From NCBI GenBank assembly GCA_963591575.1, contig CAVATL010000001.1, positions 33,036 to 97,035 of the forward strand: DNA of 64,000 nt, read 5' to 3'. Of the stretch, positions 30,982-40,527 are shown piece by piece (position 1 is the first letter of the stretch; each line of letters opens with the position of its first letter). The position numbers were made by a program, and so were the translations under genes. The notes under the pieces are model-generated. The model searched no databases. It was not told the origin of the DNA and saw only the letters and a program-made list of their open reading frames with translations. This stretch comes from Candidatus Methanomethylophilaceae archaeon. GTDB lineage: Archaea; Thermoplasmatota; Thermoplasmata; Methanomassiliicoccales; Methanomethylophilaceae.

Positions 30982-31134
30982 TTATTGGCAAACGATTTTT
31001 GTTCGGAGTTAACACAGATTATCCGAACACCAAGAACAGGCCACCGCCGAAAACTGCTGTTTAAGGGATGCAGCACCTCTGAGCGGAGAGATCGCGAAGA
31101 CTGCGGCGGTCTGATTTCGAGGAATGTGAAGCAA

Positions 31135-31818
31135 ATGAAATTGAAATTGAAAATGACCGTAGCAACAACATTGTTGCTGATGCTACTCTTCGTGGGCGTG
31201 AATACTGTGCCTGCGGATGAAGCAGATGCCAAGAGGGCAGTGGTCGAGGCGTACAGCGGAAGCATGCCCGTCACCAATTCCGAGATCAGCTCCATCATCG
31301 AGGACAATCTGGCACTTGCTATCAGCAATGCAACAGTCACAGTCGAACTCCCTGTAACCGTTCTTCAGAACGTCACCAAGGATTCCGACGGGGCCTTCAA
31401 CCTGAACCTCGGCAAGCTTTCGGATGTGTCGGAGATCGAAAACTCTGCCATCAGGGATGCGGTCGCCTCCAGCGACACCGTGATCTCTATCGACCTCCTG
31501 GTAGGAGACAAGGCTGTCCACGAGCTTGGAGACAAGGTCACCGTCGTACTCGAATACACAGTTCCCGAGGGAAAGGATGAAGCCTTGATGTTTGTCGCAT
31601 ACATCGACGAATCCGGAAACCTCGAGAAGGTCAAGAGCGAATACAGCAACGGTGTCCTGTCCTTCGAGACCGACCACTTCTCCTACTACGCGGTGATGTA
31701 TGGTGCATATGAGGCTGAGAGCGGTCTGGAGGACGTACTCATCCTCGGCTTCTTCCTGACTATAATGTACGTCATCATCGCCTGTGCCGTCGGCAGTGGG
31801 TACATCAATCGCGAGTGA
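31135..31818 (+). CDS. Small secreted, C-terminally anchored surface protein with FETDHFS motif
   Basis: Signal-peptide-like N-term, 'VAYIDESGNLEKV...SFETDHFSYYAV', C-term TM helix. Confidence 0.75.
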   Translation: MKLKLKMTVATTLLLMLLFVGVNTVPADEADAKRAVVEAYSGSMPVTNSEISSIIEDNLALAISNATVTVELPVTVLQNVTKDSDGAFNLNLGKLSDVSEIENSAIRDAVASSDTVISIDLLVGDKAVHELGDKVTVVLEYTVPEGKDEALMFVAYIDESGNLEKVKSEYSNGVLSFETDHFSYYAVMYGAYEAESGLEDVLILGFFLTIMYVIIACAVGSGYINRE

Positions 31819-31830
31819 TAAAACCTCAAA

Positions 31831-31884
31831 TCCCCGAAAGGGGACTTCAAACATCTTCCCTGCCGGAATCCCCGGCGGGGTTTT
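31831..31884. terminator. Double hairpin between convergent genes
   Basis: TCCCC-GAAA-GGGGA and CCCTGCCGG-AATCC-CCGGCGGGG-TTTT. Confidence 0.65.
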
Positions 31885-31919
31885 ATGACGAATTTCAGAA
31901 AGAACGAACAGAGATCTGT

Positions 31920-33905
31920 TCACTTCAGATCTGGTTTGCCGGTGGCCCTGACGGTCACCGTTGAACCGCGGAAGAACTTCTTTTCGGGGGAGACCTCTAC
32001 ATAGCTCTCTTCGACAGAGCAGTCGATGACAGGGTTCTTTGAACCGGATCTGGCACATGCGCTGAGCACCATATTCTCAGCCTCTCTTTTGGCATATTCG
32101 AGGGCCTCTTGGGGACGGCAGAACGTCTTGATCTCCGAACCGGTGAACACGTCGCATTCAGGCTCTTCCTCAAATTCTGGACGGGCCGCCCTGATGGTGA
32201 CGATCACGGTTTCGGACACCGACCCCGTGATGGCGCCGATGGCGTTGCCGATCTCGGATCTTTCAGGTATGACAAGTTCTGTGTGAAGCAGTTCGGCCAC
32301 TTTCGGCAGCCAGGAACCCACAGGTGCACCGATCCCGATGATAGGGTATTTCAGCCTGAACTCGAGGTCGTAATCTTCCGGGGAATGGTAGATTGTCTTC
32401 TCGATCATCTCCTTCTGGGACATGCTCAGCTGGTCGTTTCCGGATTCGTCGTGGAACAGCTTTTCCATGGCGCAGGAGGCGATCTTTCTGACGATCATGT
32501 CCTTGGTCACGTCGATGAACTTCTGTGTCTCAAAACCGCATTTCCGTGCAAGATAACCTATCGCTATCGATGAGGCCTCCGCATCATATCTCACATAGGT
32601 CCCGTCGGCATGCAGGAGGTCGGTAGGTGTGACACCGATCCTCGTGACATAACCTCTGCTTTCCAGGAGGGATATGTTAATGGAATGGGGAGGGGCGTCA
32701 AGTGCAGCACCGGCGTCTGTGAGACGCATCGGATGTTCTTTCAGAAGTCTGAGGAATTCACGGTCAAGGTCGGAGAGATCGGTGCCGTCATGCGAATGTG
32801 CCAGTGTGAAGAATTCTGTCTCCTGGAGGATGTCCTCGATGTCCCGTTCCTCCTCCGAACGGTCGTCTATTTGAGACTCGAGTGACCTCAATGTTTCCTT
32901 AACTGCAGGCCATTTCTCCGAGGCGATGCAGAGGGGGATCTCACGCACTGAAGAAAGTAAAATCTTCCTTCCGTTGACGAGGATACGGCTGTCGCCCCCG
33001 ATACCGAAAGTGGCGATGTCCGCCGCGATGACCCTGGTCCTTTTACCTCCGATGTTGGCACCTTCGGGCTCCACCCGGGGGAACCCGTTCTTCAGCACCC
33101 CGATGTCCGAGGTGGTCCCCCCGATGTCGATCATCATGGCATTGTCGATGCCCGTGAGGGCTTTTGCCCCGGTGAGGCTCGAGGCAGGTCCGGAGAGGAT
33201 GGTCTCCACCGGCCTGACCATTGCCACATCGTCCTTCATGATGGCTCCGTCGCCCTTGACGACCATGAGCGGGGCATCAAGACCCAGCTTGTTTAAAACG
33301 GACTTAACCGAAGCGAGGAGTTCGGTGATCGTGGGTATCAGACGGGCGTTCATCACCGCGGTGGTGGTGCGCTGTTCGAACCCGAGTTTCGAAGTGAGTT
33401 CGTGTCCGCGGACGATGGGGACGCCGAGGATCTTGTCGGCCATCTTCGCCACGCGGTCCTCATGGGACGGGTTGCGGACGCTGACATAACCTGAGATGGC
33501 AAGGGCGTCTATCTTCCCTTTCATGGCCTCCAGGGCATCCATGACGGCATGGACGTCGAGTTCTTCGGTCTCCTGACCGTCCATGTTGAACTTCCCGTCC
33601 ACTTCATAATAGCGGTCCGGGTCGGAGCTTCTGAGATAGCTTTTTCCGATGCAGATCAGTCCCACGCGGCAGCCTTTGTTCTCCACCACGGAGTTGGTCG
33701 CCAATGTGGACGAAAGCGAAATCAATGAGATCTTTCCGAACAGTTCCCTGTCAAGACCCAGAAGAGAATTCTCGATGCCTTCTGAGAGGTCGTGCCTGGT
33801 GGTCAGGGCCTTGTTCCCGCATACGACCTCGTTGGTGTCAAGGTCCACGATCACGGTGTCGGTGTACGTTCCGCCCGTGTCTATGCCGAGGCCGTATGTC
33901 GTCAT
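31920..33905 (-). CDS. Hydantoinase/oxoprolinase (HyuA-like) family protein
   Basis: 'GIDTGGTYTD', 'STLATN', 'ETILSGPA', 'DIGGTTSD'. Confidence 0.9.
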   Translation of the reverse strand: MTTYGLGIDTGGTYTDTVIVDLDTNEVVCGNKALTTRHDLSEGIENSLLGLDRELFGKISLISLSSTLATNSVVENKGCRVGLICIGKSYLRSSDPDRYYEVDGKFNMDGQETEELDVHAVMDALEAMKGKIDALAISGYVSVRNPSHEDRVAKMADKILGVPIVRGHELTSKLGFEQRTTTAVMNARLIPTITELLASVKSVLNKLGLDAPLMVVKGDGAIMKDDVAMVRPVETILSGPASSLTGAKALTGIDNAMMIDIGGTTSDIGVLKNGFPRVEPEGANIGGKRTRVIAADIATFGIGGDSRILVNGRKILLSSVREIPLCIASEKWPAVKETLRSLESQIDDRSEEERDIEDILQETEFFTLAHSHDGTDLSDLDREFLRLLKEHPMRLTDAGAALDAPPHSINISLLESRGYVTRIGVTPTDLLHADGTYVRYDAEASSIAIGYLARKCGFETQKFIDVTKDMIVRKIASCAMEKLFHDESGNDQLSMSQKEMIEKTIYHSPEDYDLEFRLKYPIIGIGAPVGSWLPKVAELLHTELVIPERSEIGNAIGAITGSVSETVIVTIRAARPEFEEEPECDVFTGSEIKTFCRPQEALEYAKREAENMVLSACARSGSKNPVIDCSVEESYVEVSPEKKFFRGSTVTVRATGKPDLK

Positions 33906-33909
33906 TGTA

Positions 33910-34584
33910 TCAGAGGAAACGGTCAAGGTCCGCCACGGTGGGGACGGTGACTATAGATGACCCGCCCAGTTTCTCCCACTCCGCGCGGGTCATGTGGGTC
34001 TCCACTCCGACGAACTGCGAACCGGAGTTCACGGTGACAAGATAATCAGCCGTGCCGTCCCCCACATAAAGCACTTCATCACATTTCACTCCGATCTTCT
34101 CGCACATGTGTTCCATCGCTTTCTTGCTGGGCTTGGCGTCGCCGTAAGCGTAGTCATCCCTCGCGACCAGTGCATCGAAGAGATCCATCATCCCCGATGC
34201 GGTGAGGATCTTGGTGGCATATTCGCGGCCGCCGCGTGTGAGGATCGCCGTCTTGTATCCGAGGGAACGGATCTTCTCAATGGCCTCCCTGGTACCGGGA
34301 TATGGTTTCGCGATATCCGAATGTTCCAGTTCCACTGCGGTCGCCCTGTCCCCGATCTTCTTGTCGAAGGTCACCAGTGCCTCGGGTTTGTTCTCTTTGA
34401 GCCATTTGAGACCGTGGACCATGGAGTTGTCCTTCGTGTCAAGATCGATGGCCTCCTGCGGCACACCCTGTTCCACGAACTCGTCCCTGACGACGCATGC
34501 GAGTTTGACGTAGTCTACTTTGGTGTTCATGACAGTGCCGTCCATGTCGAATCCGACGGCTTTGATCTTGGCATCGAGGGTCAT
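33910..34584 (-). CDS. HAD family hydrolase
   Basis: 'FDMDGT', 'KP', 'YVGD'. Confidence 0.9.
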   Translation of the reverse strand: MTLDAKIKAVGFDMDGTVMNTKVDYVKLACVVRDEFVEQGVPQEAIDLDTKDNSMVHGLKWLKENKPEALVTFDKKIGDRATAVELEHSDIAKPYPGTREAIEKIRSLGYKTAILTRGGREYATKILTASGMMDLFDALVARDDYAYGDAKPSKKAMEHMCEKIGVKCDEVLYVGDGTADYLVTVNSGSQFVGVETHMTRAEWEKLGGSSIVTVPTVADLDRFL

Positions 34585-34635
34585 ATCTGCTGATATGCGA
34601 TTCTGATAAAATAGGTATGTGAAGAAGTGTCAATT

Positions 34636-34927
34636 GAGAGTAGTAGCCCCCCTTCTGTTTCAGACAGCATTCAACTTCGCACTCTACCCGCCGGTCGCAG
34701 GTATCTCATCCCGGCTGTATGAGCTTGCTCCGATGAGGAGTCGCCGTTTCACCAGATCTCCGGGAACGTCGCTGCCAACGCAGGTCATCCTGTCTACCGG
34801 AACTGTGTCGTTTCTGGGCCCTTGCCAAGGCTCTCGCCTTACTGAATTTCTCAGTTCATCTTTACCCGTGGAGGAGGGAACTTCCTCAGCCGGGTCCGAA
34901 GACCCTACCGTCAGCCGTCCTCTCTCT
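34636..34927 (-). ncRNA. rnpB: Archaeal RNase P RNA
   Basis: Minus strand has GAGGAAGTTCC (P4 5') and AACAGAAGGGGGGCTA (P4 3'), terminal GAGAG/CTCTC pairing. Confidence 0.93.
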
Positions 34928-35118
34928 ATTGACGGAAGGTCATTCCCATGGGTGTTTTAGATATTTCGTAAGGTCAGCGAAGCAAAGGGGTCTTCATGTC
35001 CGGGTTCGGACCGTACAGGTTCTGACGAATGTTGATACAAATGGACTCTGGGGCTGGATCCCAGGGCGACGGGTCGGCCAAAAGGCTTATAAACGACATA
35101 CAGATAGGGGTTTTCACT

Positions 35119-35205
35119 GCAAGGGTAGTCAAGCATGGCCAACGACGCTAGCTTGAGGGGCTAGTCCATAGCGGTCCGCGAGTTCAAATCTCGTCCCTTG
35201 CACCA
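35119..35205 (+). tRNA. tRNA-Leu(GAG), CCA encoded
   Basis: Anticodon arm CTAGC-TTGAGGG-GCTAG, long variable arm, TTCAAAT. Confidence 0.95.
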
Positions 35206-35299
35206 TTCTTTTCCACATTTCTGTCTGTTTACAGATTCCATCCATCTTAACGGTAGTTCAGAGAATGTCTTAAATACTCCACGTGGCGTCCATACAGTT

Positions 35300-35629
35300 A
35301 TGCTCCAGTGGAAGAAACTGCAATACTACGCGAGGCAGAATGGTATCGAGGACTATCGCAAGGTCAAATTGACCGACGACGACTGCGAATACATCTGCTC
35401 GTCCGTCGGTATTTCACCAGTGTCTTCCGCCAGCGTCAGTCAGAGATTCGATATTCTGGTCTCTCACGTCATGGATGATCTCACATACAGGAGTGCCCGC
35501 AGGAATCCCAACGTTTCTGAGGAAATATTCCTCATCAGGTGCGGCGATTATGCGGCTATGGATGTGTTCAAGGCCTACGCCGCCAAACATCACCACAGTA
35601 TGGACAAGAAGGACAGTAATATCCAATGA
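35300..35629 (+). CDS. Hypothetical protein
   Basis: ORF after TTAAATA; stop overlaps SMR start (ATGA). Confidence 0.6.
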   Translation: MLQWKKLQYYARQNGIEDYRKVKLTDDDCEYICSSVGISPVSSASVSQRFDILVSHVMDDLTYRSARRNPNVSEEIFLIRCGDYAAMDVFKAYAAKHHHSMDKKDSNIQ

Positions 35630-35961
35630 GCGGCCTGCTGTTCGTCATCATCGGTGGATTCTTCGAGCCTGCCTGGGTCATTGCACTTGAGAAGGCAGGG
35701 GAGGTCGACGGCCGTCGGAAACTGCCGTGGTATGCCGCGTTCCTGGTGTTCACATTCTTCAGTCTTTTCTTCCTGTCGATGGGAATGCGCACTCTGAGTC
35801 TGGGTATTTCATATGCCATATGGACCGCCATCGGTGCCATCGTCACGATCCTGGTCAGCAGGGTACTTTTCAAAGAGAACCTCAACGCGGGAAAGATCGT
35901 CGCCATCACGATGATCCTCATCGGCATATCCGGACTGGAACTGTGCGGAGGGTCGGCATGA
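35626..35961 (+). CDS. SMR/DMT family transporter (SugE/Gdx-like), subunit 1
   Basis: TM1 Glu 'GFFEPAW', 'YAIWTAIG'. Confidence 0.9.
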   Translation: MSGLLFVIIGGFFEPAWVIALEKAGEVDGRRKLPWYAAFLVFTFFSLFFLSMGMRTLSLGISYAIWTAIGAIVTILVSRVLFKENLNAGKIVAITMILIGISGLELCGGSA

Positions 35962-36299
35962 ACCCCTGGATCTATGTCGTCACAGGCGGATTCTTTGAAA
36001 TGGTGTGGGCCACCGCGATGATGAAATCCGACGGATTCTCCATACTTCCGTGGACCATTGTCACCATGGTGTTCTGTATGGTGAGCGTCTATTTCCTGTA
36101 CCAGGGAATGAAATCGATCCCGGCAGGGGCCTGTTATGCGGTGTGGACCGGGTGCGGTACCGTATTGTCCACTATTTCAGGATGGATACTCTTCGGAGAT
36201 GTTCTGAGCGGGATAGAGGTTCTCTTCCTGGCGATCCTGATCGGCGGTATCCTGCTGCTGCAGTACTTCGACGGCAGCGGCAAGAAGACCGGATCCTGA
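35958..36299 (+). CDS. SMR/DMT family transporter, subunit 2
   Basis: 'GFFEMVWA..MK.SDGF', 'YAVWTGCG'. Confidence 0.9.
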   Translation: MNPWIYVVTGGFFEMVWATAMMKSDGFSILPWTIVTMVFCMVSVYFLYQGMKSIPAGACYAVWTGCGTVLSTISGWILFGDVLSGIEVLFLAILIGGILLLQYFDGSGKKTGS

Positions 36300-36300
36300 A

Positions 36301-37350
36301 TCACTGTTTCCAGTAATCCCTGCCTGCCTGGCACATTGCAAGAACGTTCTCGTCGGGCGAGGAGATCGGGGTCTCGCAGCCGGGTGCGAGGATGAGTCCG
36401 CCCTCTGCTCCGCAGGTCTCGATGATGCGGAATGATTCTTTTCTGATCGATGCCGGGTCGCCGTTCATGATGTACTTCACGGGATCTATGTTGCCCATGA
36501 GTGGCACCTTCTTTCCCGCCGCTTCTCTCGCGACGGCAGGGTCCACGGCATGATCGAAACTGAAGCAGTCCGCACCGGTCTCGGGTACGAGAGGAATGAG
36601 GTCTTCAGTATTTCCGCAGACATGCAGGAACGACAGGACGTCGCTGTATGCTTTCTTCACAGAACCGATGGCCAACGATGTGCCAGACAGTGCGGTTTTG
36701 AACATATCGGGCGAGATGATGTCCTCCGAGGAGGTGGGGTCGGCCATCCACATGACCGATGCGCCTGCATCGATCTGGGCCTTCTCCTGTTCCGCTACAA
36801 AGATCGCACATTTCTCGATGAGTTTCCTGACACCTGCCTCGTCGCCCATCATCAGTGAGAAGATGAGGTCCTCGGTGCCCATGATGTAACCCGCGGTGGA
36901 GGTCGGTCCCCAGGACAGGCCGCAGATGTGAAGGTCCTCGGGAAGAGCCTTTTCCGTGGCGGTCAGGGCCTGAAGGATACACCTGTCGAAGTGGGGGCAC
37001 TCGCTTGCTTTCTTCGGATCGAAGAAGGCGATGTCATCCACTTCCGAAAGATCGGAAATGTATGTGCTGCGCACCCTCCCGTAGTCGTCATCCGGCATGG
37101 AGACCTCCATACCCAGATCGATGAACGGTATCTGCGAGTCCACAATAGGCTTGACGAAATCGGATTTCGTCTTCATGGCAAAATCGATGGAGAGCTTGGC
37201 GGAAAGTTCAGGCTCATATCTTGCATCTTTCACCAGCACGCCTGCGCTGCGGGCGGCGGTGACGATGGCGAAGTTGTTGACGGGGGTCCTGTCGATCTTT
37301 TCGAATCTCAGCGCGGCATCGATGGCGTCGCGGTGTCCTGCATCCTTCAT
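36301..37350 (-). CDS. Uroporphyrinogen decarboxylase/MT2 methyltransferase family
   Basis: 'LHVCG', 'MGNIDP', 'LAPGCE'. Confidence 0.88.
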   Translation of the reverse strand: MKDAGHRDAIDAALRFEKIDRTPVNNFAIVTAARSAGVLVKDARYEPELSAKLSIDFAMKTKSDFVKPIVDSQIPFIDLGMEVSMPDDDYGRVRSTYISDLSEVDDIAFFDPKKASECPHFDRCILQALTATEKALPEDLHICGLSWGPTSTAGYIMGTEDLIFSLMMGDEAGVRKLIEKCAIFVAEQEKAQIDAGASVMWMADPTSSEDIISPDMFKTALSGTSLAIGSVKKAYSDVLSFLHVCGNTEDLIPLVPETGADCFSFDHAVDPAVAREAAGKKVPLMGNIDPVKYIMNGDPASIRKESFRIIETCGAEGGLILAPGCETPISSPDENVLAMCQAGRDYWKQ

Positions 37351-37401
37351 GTTATCAGGATACGGATAGAACTGGTGGTTTATGAGAGTATGCGGAAAAA
37401 C

Positions 37402-38403
37402 TCAGTCTTCCAGCTTCTCGGAATAGATGATATTGGTCACTCCGTCCGCGAACTGGGATGCGTTCAGTTTGCCTCCGACGTCCCTGGTCGTGTGTCCTAT
37501 GCTGTACATCTCGCATACCGCATCGCGGACGGTGCTGTAATCCTCCTTCCTTCCTAGGGACAGGAGCATGGTCGCCACCGAAAGGATGGCAGAGGTGGGA
37601 TTCTCCGCACGTTCGCGGATCTCGAATGAAAAAGGTTCCATCGGAACGAAGAGTCCGAAATTCTTGCTGAGGAAGGCATGTGGCATGAGTCCGCTTCCTC
37701 CGATGAGGCCCGCTCCGTACCCGTAGATCTGATGTGCGGAATCGGCACCGCAGAAGATGTTCTCGATGGATCCCGGGTCATGTGCCAGATAGTAGGATAT
37801 TTCCTCGGATGTGCGTTCCACGGATACGAACGATGCGTTGTCCAACACCTCATGGAACGTCTTCTTCACGATGCGGTTCCTGGTGGGAAAACGTCTGCTG
37901 TCGTCGGAGAACCACACTTTGGTCCCGTTCCTGAGTTCCGTGAGGCGGCGGGCGATGCTGAACAGGTCGGCGGTCGCTTCTGTGTTGGTGTAGAAACCGG
38001 AAGTGACCCCGTCCAGGTCCTCGGTCTCATGGATGTCCATTATGTCGGCCGCCGCAGGGCTGATGACCCCGATGTCCATCGGAAGGCTGTCAGAAGCCGT
38101 ACGGACCGGGAAGATCTCGCTGTATTCGGCGAGCAGTCCTGTCTGTATCTTGATGGTCTCTAAGGGATTTCTTTCTTTGATCCCGGTCATGTCGACCGGG
38201 CCCGAAAGGAATGCACAGCATTCGCTGAGGGTGTCAAGGGTCTCAGGGGGAAGCGCATAGGAGGTGTTCCTGTATGCATCCGCACCGATCCTTTCATGAA
38301 GGATCTCCAGGTCCGGAGCCGCCGCCTTCAGAACCTTCTCGGCGGCCCCGATGATACGGGGACCTTCATTGTCCCCGTATGCGATAAGGACCTTCTGGGA
38401 CAT
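37402..38403 (-). CDS. Divergent isocitrate/isopropylmalate dehydrogenase-fold protein
   Basis: 'GDNEGP', 'GLIGGSGL', 'NPTSAILS..ML', 'TRDVGG'; catalytic motifs degenerate. Confidence 0.75.
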   Translation of the reverse strand: MSQKVLIAYGDNEGPRIIGAAEKVLKAAAPDLEILHERIGADAYRNTSYALPPETLDTLSECCAFLSGPVDMTGIKERNPLETIKIQTGLLAEYSEIFPVRTASDSLPMDIGVISPAAADIMDIHETEDLDGVTSGFYTNTEATADLFSIARRLTELRNGTKVWFSDDSRRFPTRNRIVKKTFHEVLDNASFVSVERTSEEISYYLAHDPGSIENIFCGADSAHQIYGYGAGLIGGSGLMPHAFLSKNFGLFVPMEPFSFEIRERAENPTSAILSVATMLLSLGRKEDYSTVRDAVCEMYSIGHTTRDVGGKLNASQFADGVTNIIYSEKLED

Positions 38404-38405
38404 TA

Positions 38406-39380
38406 TCAGAGCCTGTTGACGACACCCGCGTAGATGAGGGGCAGGGTGATGGTGGCGTCGCCTTCGACGGTCATCTTCTTGGCGTCGCTCTTGACCTTAC
38501 CCCAGGAGACAGCCTCCCTGATCTGGGCGCCGGAGAGGGAACCGTCGTATTCCATGGCGGTGGTGAGGTAGATACAATAGTCGAGACCGCCGCGGAACTG
38601 GTTCCACCAGATGACGTGGTGCTTGGAGATTCCTCCGCCGATGATGATCGCTCCGGTGTATTTCGCATCGTTGGTCATCTCACTGAGCATCTGTTCGTCA
38701 CCGAAGAGGTCGATCCTAAGCTTCCTGTGGGTCTGGTAGTACATCCAAAGCTGGCATCCGAAGGAACCGTCGGTGATTCCAGGGACGACGATGGGCACTT
38801 TGTTCACATGGGCCCAGTAGAGGAGGGAGTCCTCGTGACCTTCCACATTGGCGAGTTTCTCTCCGACCTTGTCGATGATCTCGTGGGTGGAAAGGGACTG
38901 GGTCTCAGCGAAGATCTCATCGAACATGGGGAGGAGATTGTCTTCGAGGACTACTCCGTAGCAGTCATCGGGGACAAGGACGTTTCCGAGCCTGGAGACG
39001 TCGTGCTGCCTGAGGAGGGCATCGTCCATCATGAAGTCGCCTTTGTAGTAGGCGGCGTAGAGCCTGGAAAGGTCGTGGTCGAGACATCCGCAGGTGGTGA
39101 TGATGACGTCCACCATGTGGTTCTTCACCATGTCGACGATGACACCGCGGGTACCGGTGGCCATGATGCAGGCGGGGAAGGAGAGGATCTTGAGGACACC
39201 CTCTTTTTTGACCATTTTCTCGACGATGTCAGTGGCGTCCGCGAGCTTCTGGGCGGTGAATCCTCCTGCTTCACCCATCTGGGTGAGCATGTCGTCCACG
39301 GTCATCCCCTTGGAGACCTTGATATCCTTCACTGCGACCTTCTTGAATGCTTTGCTTTTGGGATCTTCTTTTGAAGCCAT
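38406..39380 (-). CDS. dys: Deoxyhypusine synthase
   Basis: 'GGGISKHH', 'DGSLSGA..REAVSWGK', 'GDAT'. Confidence 0.95.
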   Translation of the reverse strand: MASKEDPKSKAFKKVAVKDIKVSKGMTVDDMLTQMGEAGGFTAQKLADATDIVEKMVKKEGVLKILSFPACIMATGTRGVIVDMVKNHMVDVIITTCGCLDHDLSRLYAAYYKGDFMMDDALLRQHDVSRLGNVLVPDDCYGVVLEDNLLPMFDEIFAETQSLSTHEIIDKVGEKLANVEGHEDSLLYWAHVNKVPIVVPGITDGSFGCQLWMYYQTHRKLRIDLFGDEQMLSEMTNDAKYTGAIIIGGGISKHHVIWWNQFRGGLDYCIYLTTAMEYDGSLSGAQIREAVSWGKVKSDAKKMTVEGDATITLPLIYAGVVNRL

Positions 39381-39557
39381 ACTATTCACTGGTGCTCGTG
39401 AGTACTCGCCTGTTAATATATTTGGCCATTCGGAACCGATGCTTGAGGAAAGGGGTGGGAATGATAAGAAAACTGTATGTGCCAGCACCCGATTTTTGAG
39501 GTGTCCGTTTCCGGGCCGGCCGACATTTCAGACCGGTCCGGACCATTGATCGATGTT

Positions 39558-40397
39558 TCAGTGTGTGAGGTGTCCGCAGAGGGCATCATACGCCTGCTGG
39601 GTCTTTTCGACGTCCTCCTGATTGAAGGCGTACATGTTCCCATTCACCGAAAAGGTGATGCATGGCGTAATCTTGGAGTACGAGGCGAGTTCGTATTCTC
39701 CGAAGAGGGAATTCCTGTACTTTCCGCTGGAGATCTCGGACGTGGCATATCCGTAGATCCTCTTGCCCTTCTCGAAGTTCTCTTCGAAAGCGAGTCCGCC
39801 TACATCATTGTAACTGAATGTGTGATCGAACATGGGTGCCTTGACAGTGAAGGAATCCTCATCGAATGTCACAGTGACCTCGTTCCCGCTGTCATCGAGC
39901 ATGAATGCGACAGGTATCGGGATTAGGACAGCGACGGATATCGCTGTTGTCAATGCCATCTTGGTCTTCGTAGAACAGTTCTTCAGAGGTATGCGTGCCT
40001 TCGGATTTTTCCTGAAGATCGGTATCGGAATGAAGACGAAGATCAGTGAAAGGAGGATGATCAGGATCCCCCACATGTTTCCGCTCGCCAGCAGAATCGC
40101 AAGACCCAGACTCATCACGAAGCCGCACAGCACCACACCGATCCCCATCAAATTTGCAAAACGGTTCCGGTCATCTCCATTGAGATCGGGGAAGCCGTTG
40201 ACATAAGTCCCTGCATTGTCGGAGAACCATACCCATGCACCGGAGGCCGCCACAGGTACCACGCAGAATGCCAGGATCGCCTCGAGCAGAATCGAGCCGG
40301 AGTGGGTGTCAAGAACGGCCTCGAGCACGATATATGCCATCGGAACAGTGAGTGAGAGGCCCAGACAGAGTTTCGTGTAGGGGGTCATTTCGATCAC
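39558..40397 (-). CDS. Membrane protein with C-terminal bacterial PH-like domain
   Basis: About 5 TM segments; 'GKRIYG....SGKYRN..FG.Y.L'. Confidence 0.65.
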   Translation of the reverse strand: MIEMTPYTKLCLGLSLTVPMAYIVLEAVLDTHSGSILLEAILAFCVVPVAASGAWVWFSDNAGTYVNGFPDLNGDDRNRFANLMGIGVVLCGFVMSLGLAILLASGNMWGILIILLSLIFVFIPIPIFRKNPKARIPLKNCSTKTKMALTTAISVAVLIPIPVAFMLDDSGNEVTVTFDEDSFTVKAPMFDHTFSYNDVGGLAFEENFEKGKRIYGYATSEISSGKYRNSLFGEYELASYSKITPCITFSVNGNMYAFNQEDVEKTQQAYDALCGHLTH

Positions 40398-40527
40398 CGC
40401 AGGATATCACGTGTCCGCGGTATTTAATACGCACAGACACTCTTCGTTTCCTTCTTTAATAATATAAAAAAGGCCTACGGTTTTTATATCAGATACGACT
40501 ACTGCGCATATCCAAGAGGTACCTTAA

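Noticed and set aside
31037..31113. Hammerhead ribozyme or glycine riboswitch
   Set aside because: Only fragments (CGAAA, CTGAG, GGAGAG) are present; CUGANGA core and CUCUCAGG are missing
34960..35085. Small RNA between rnpB and tRNA-Leu
   Set aside because: Two short hairpins only; no clear C/D or H/ACA boxes, promoter or terminator
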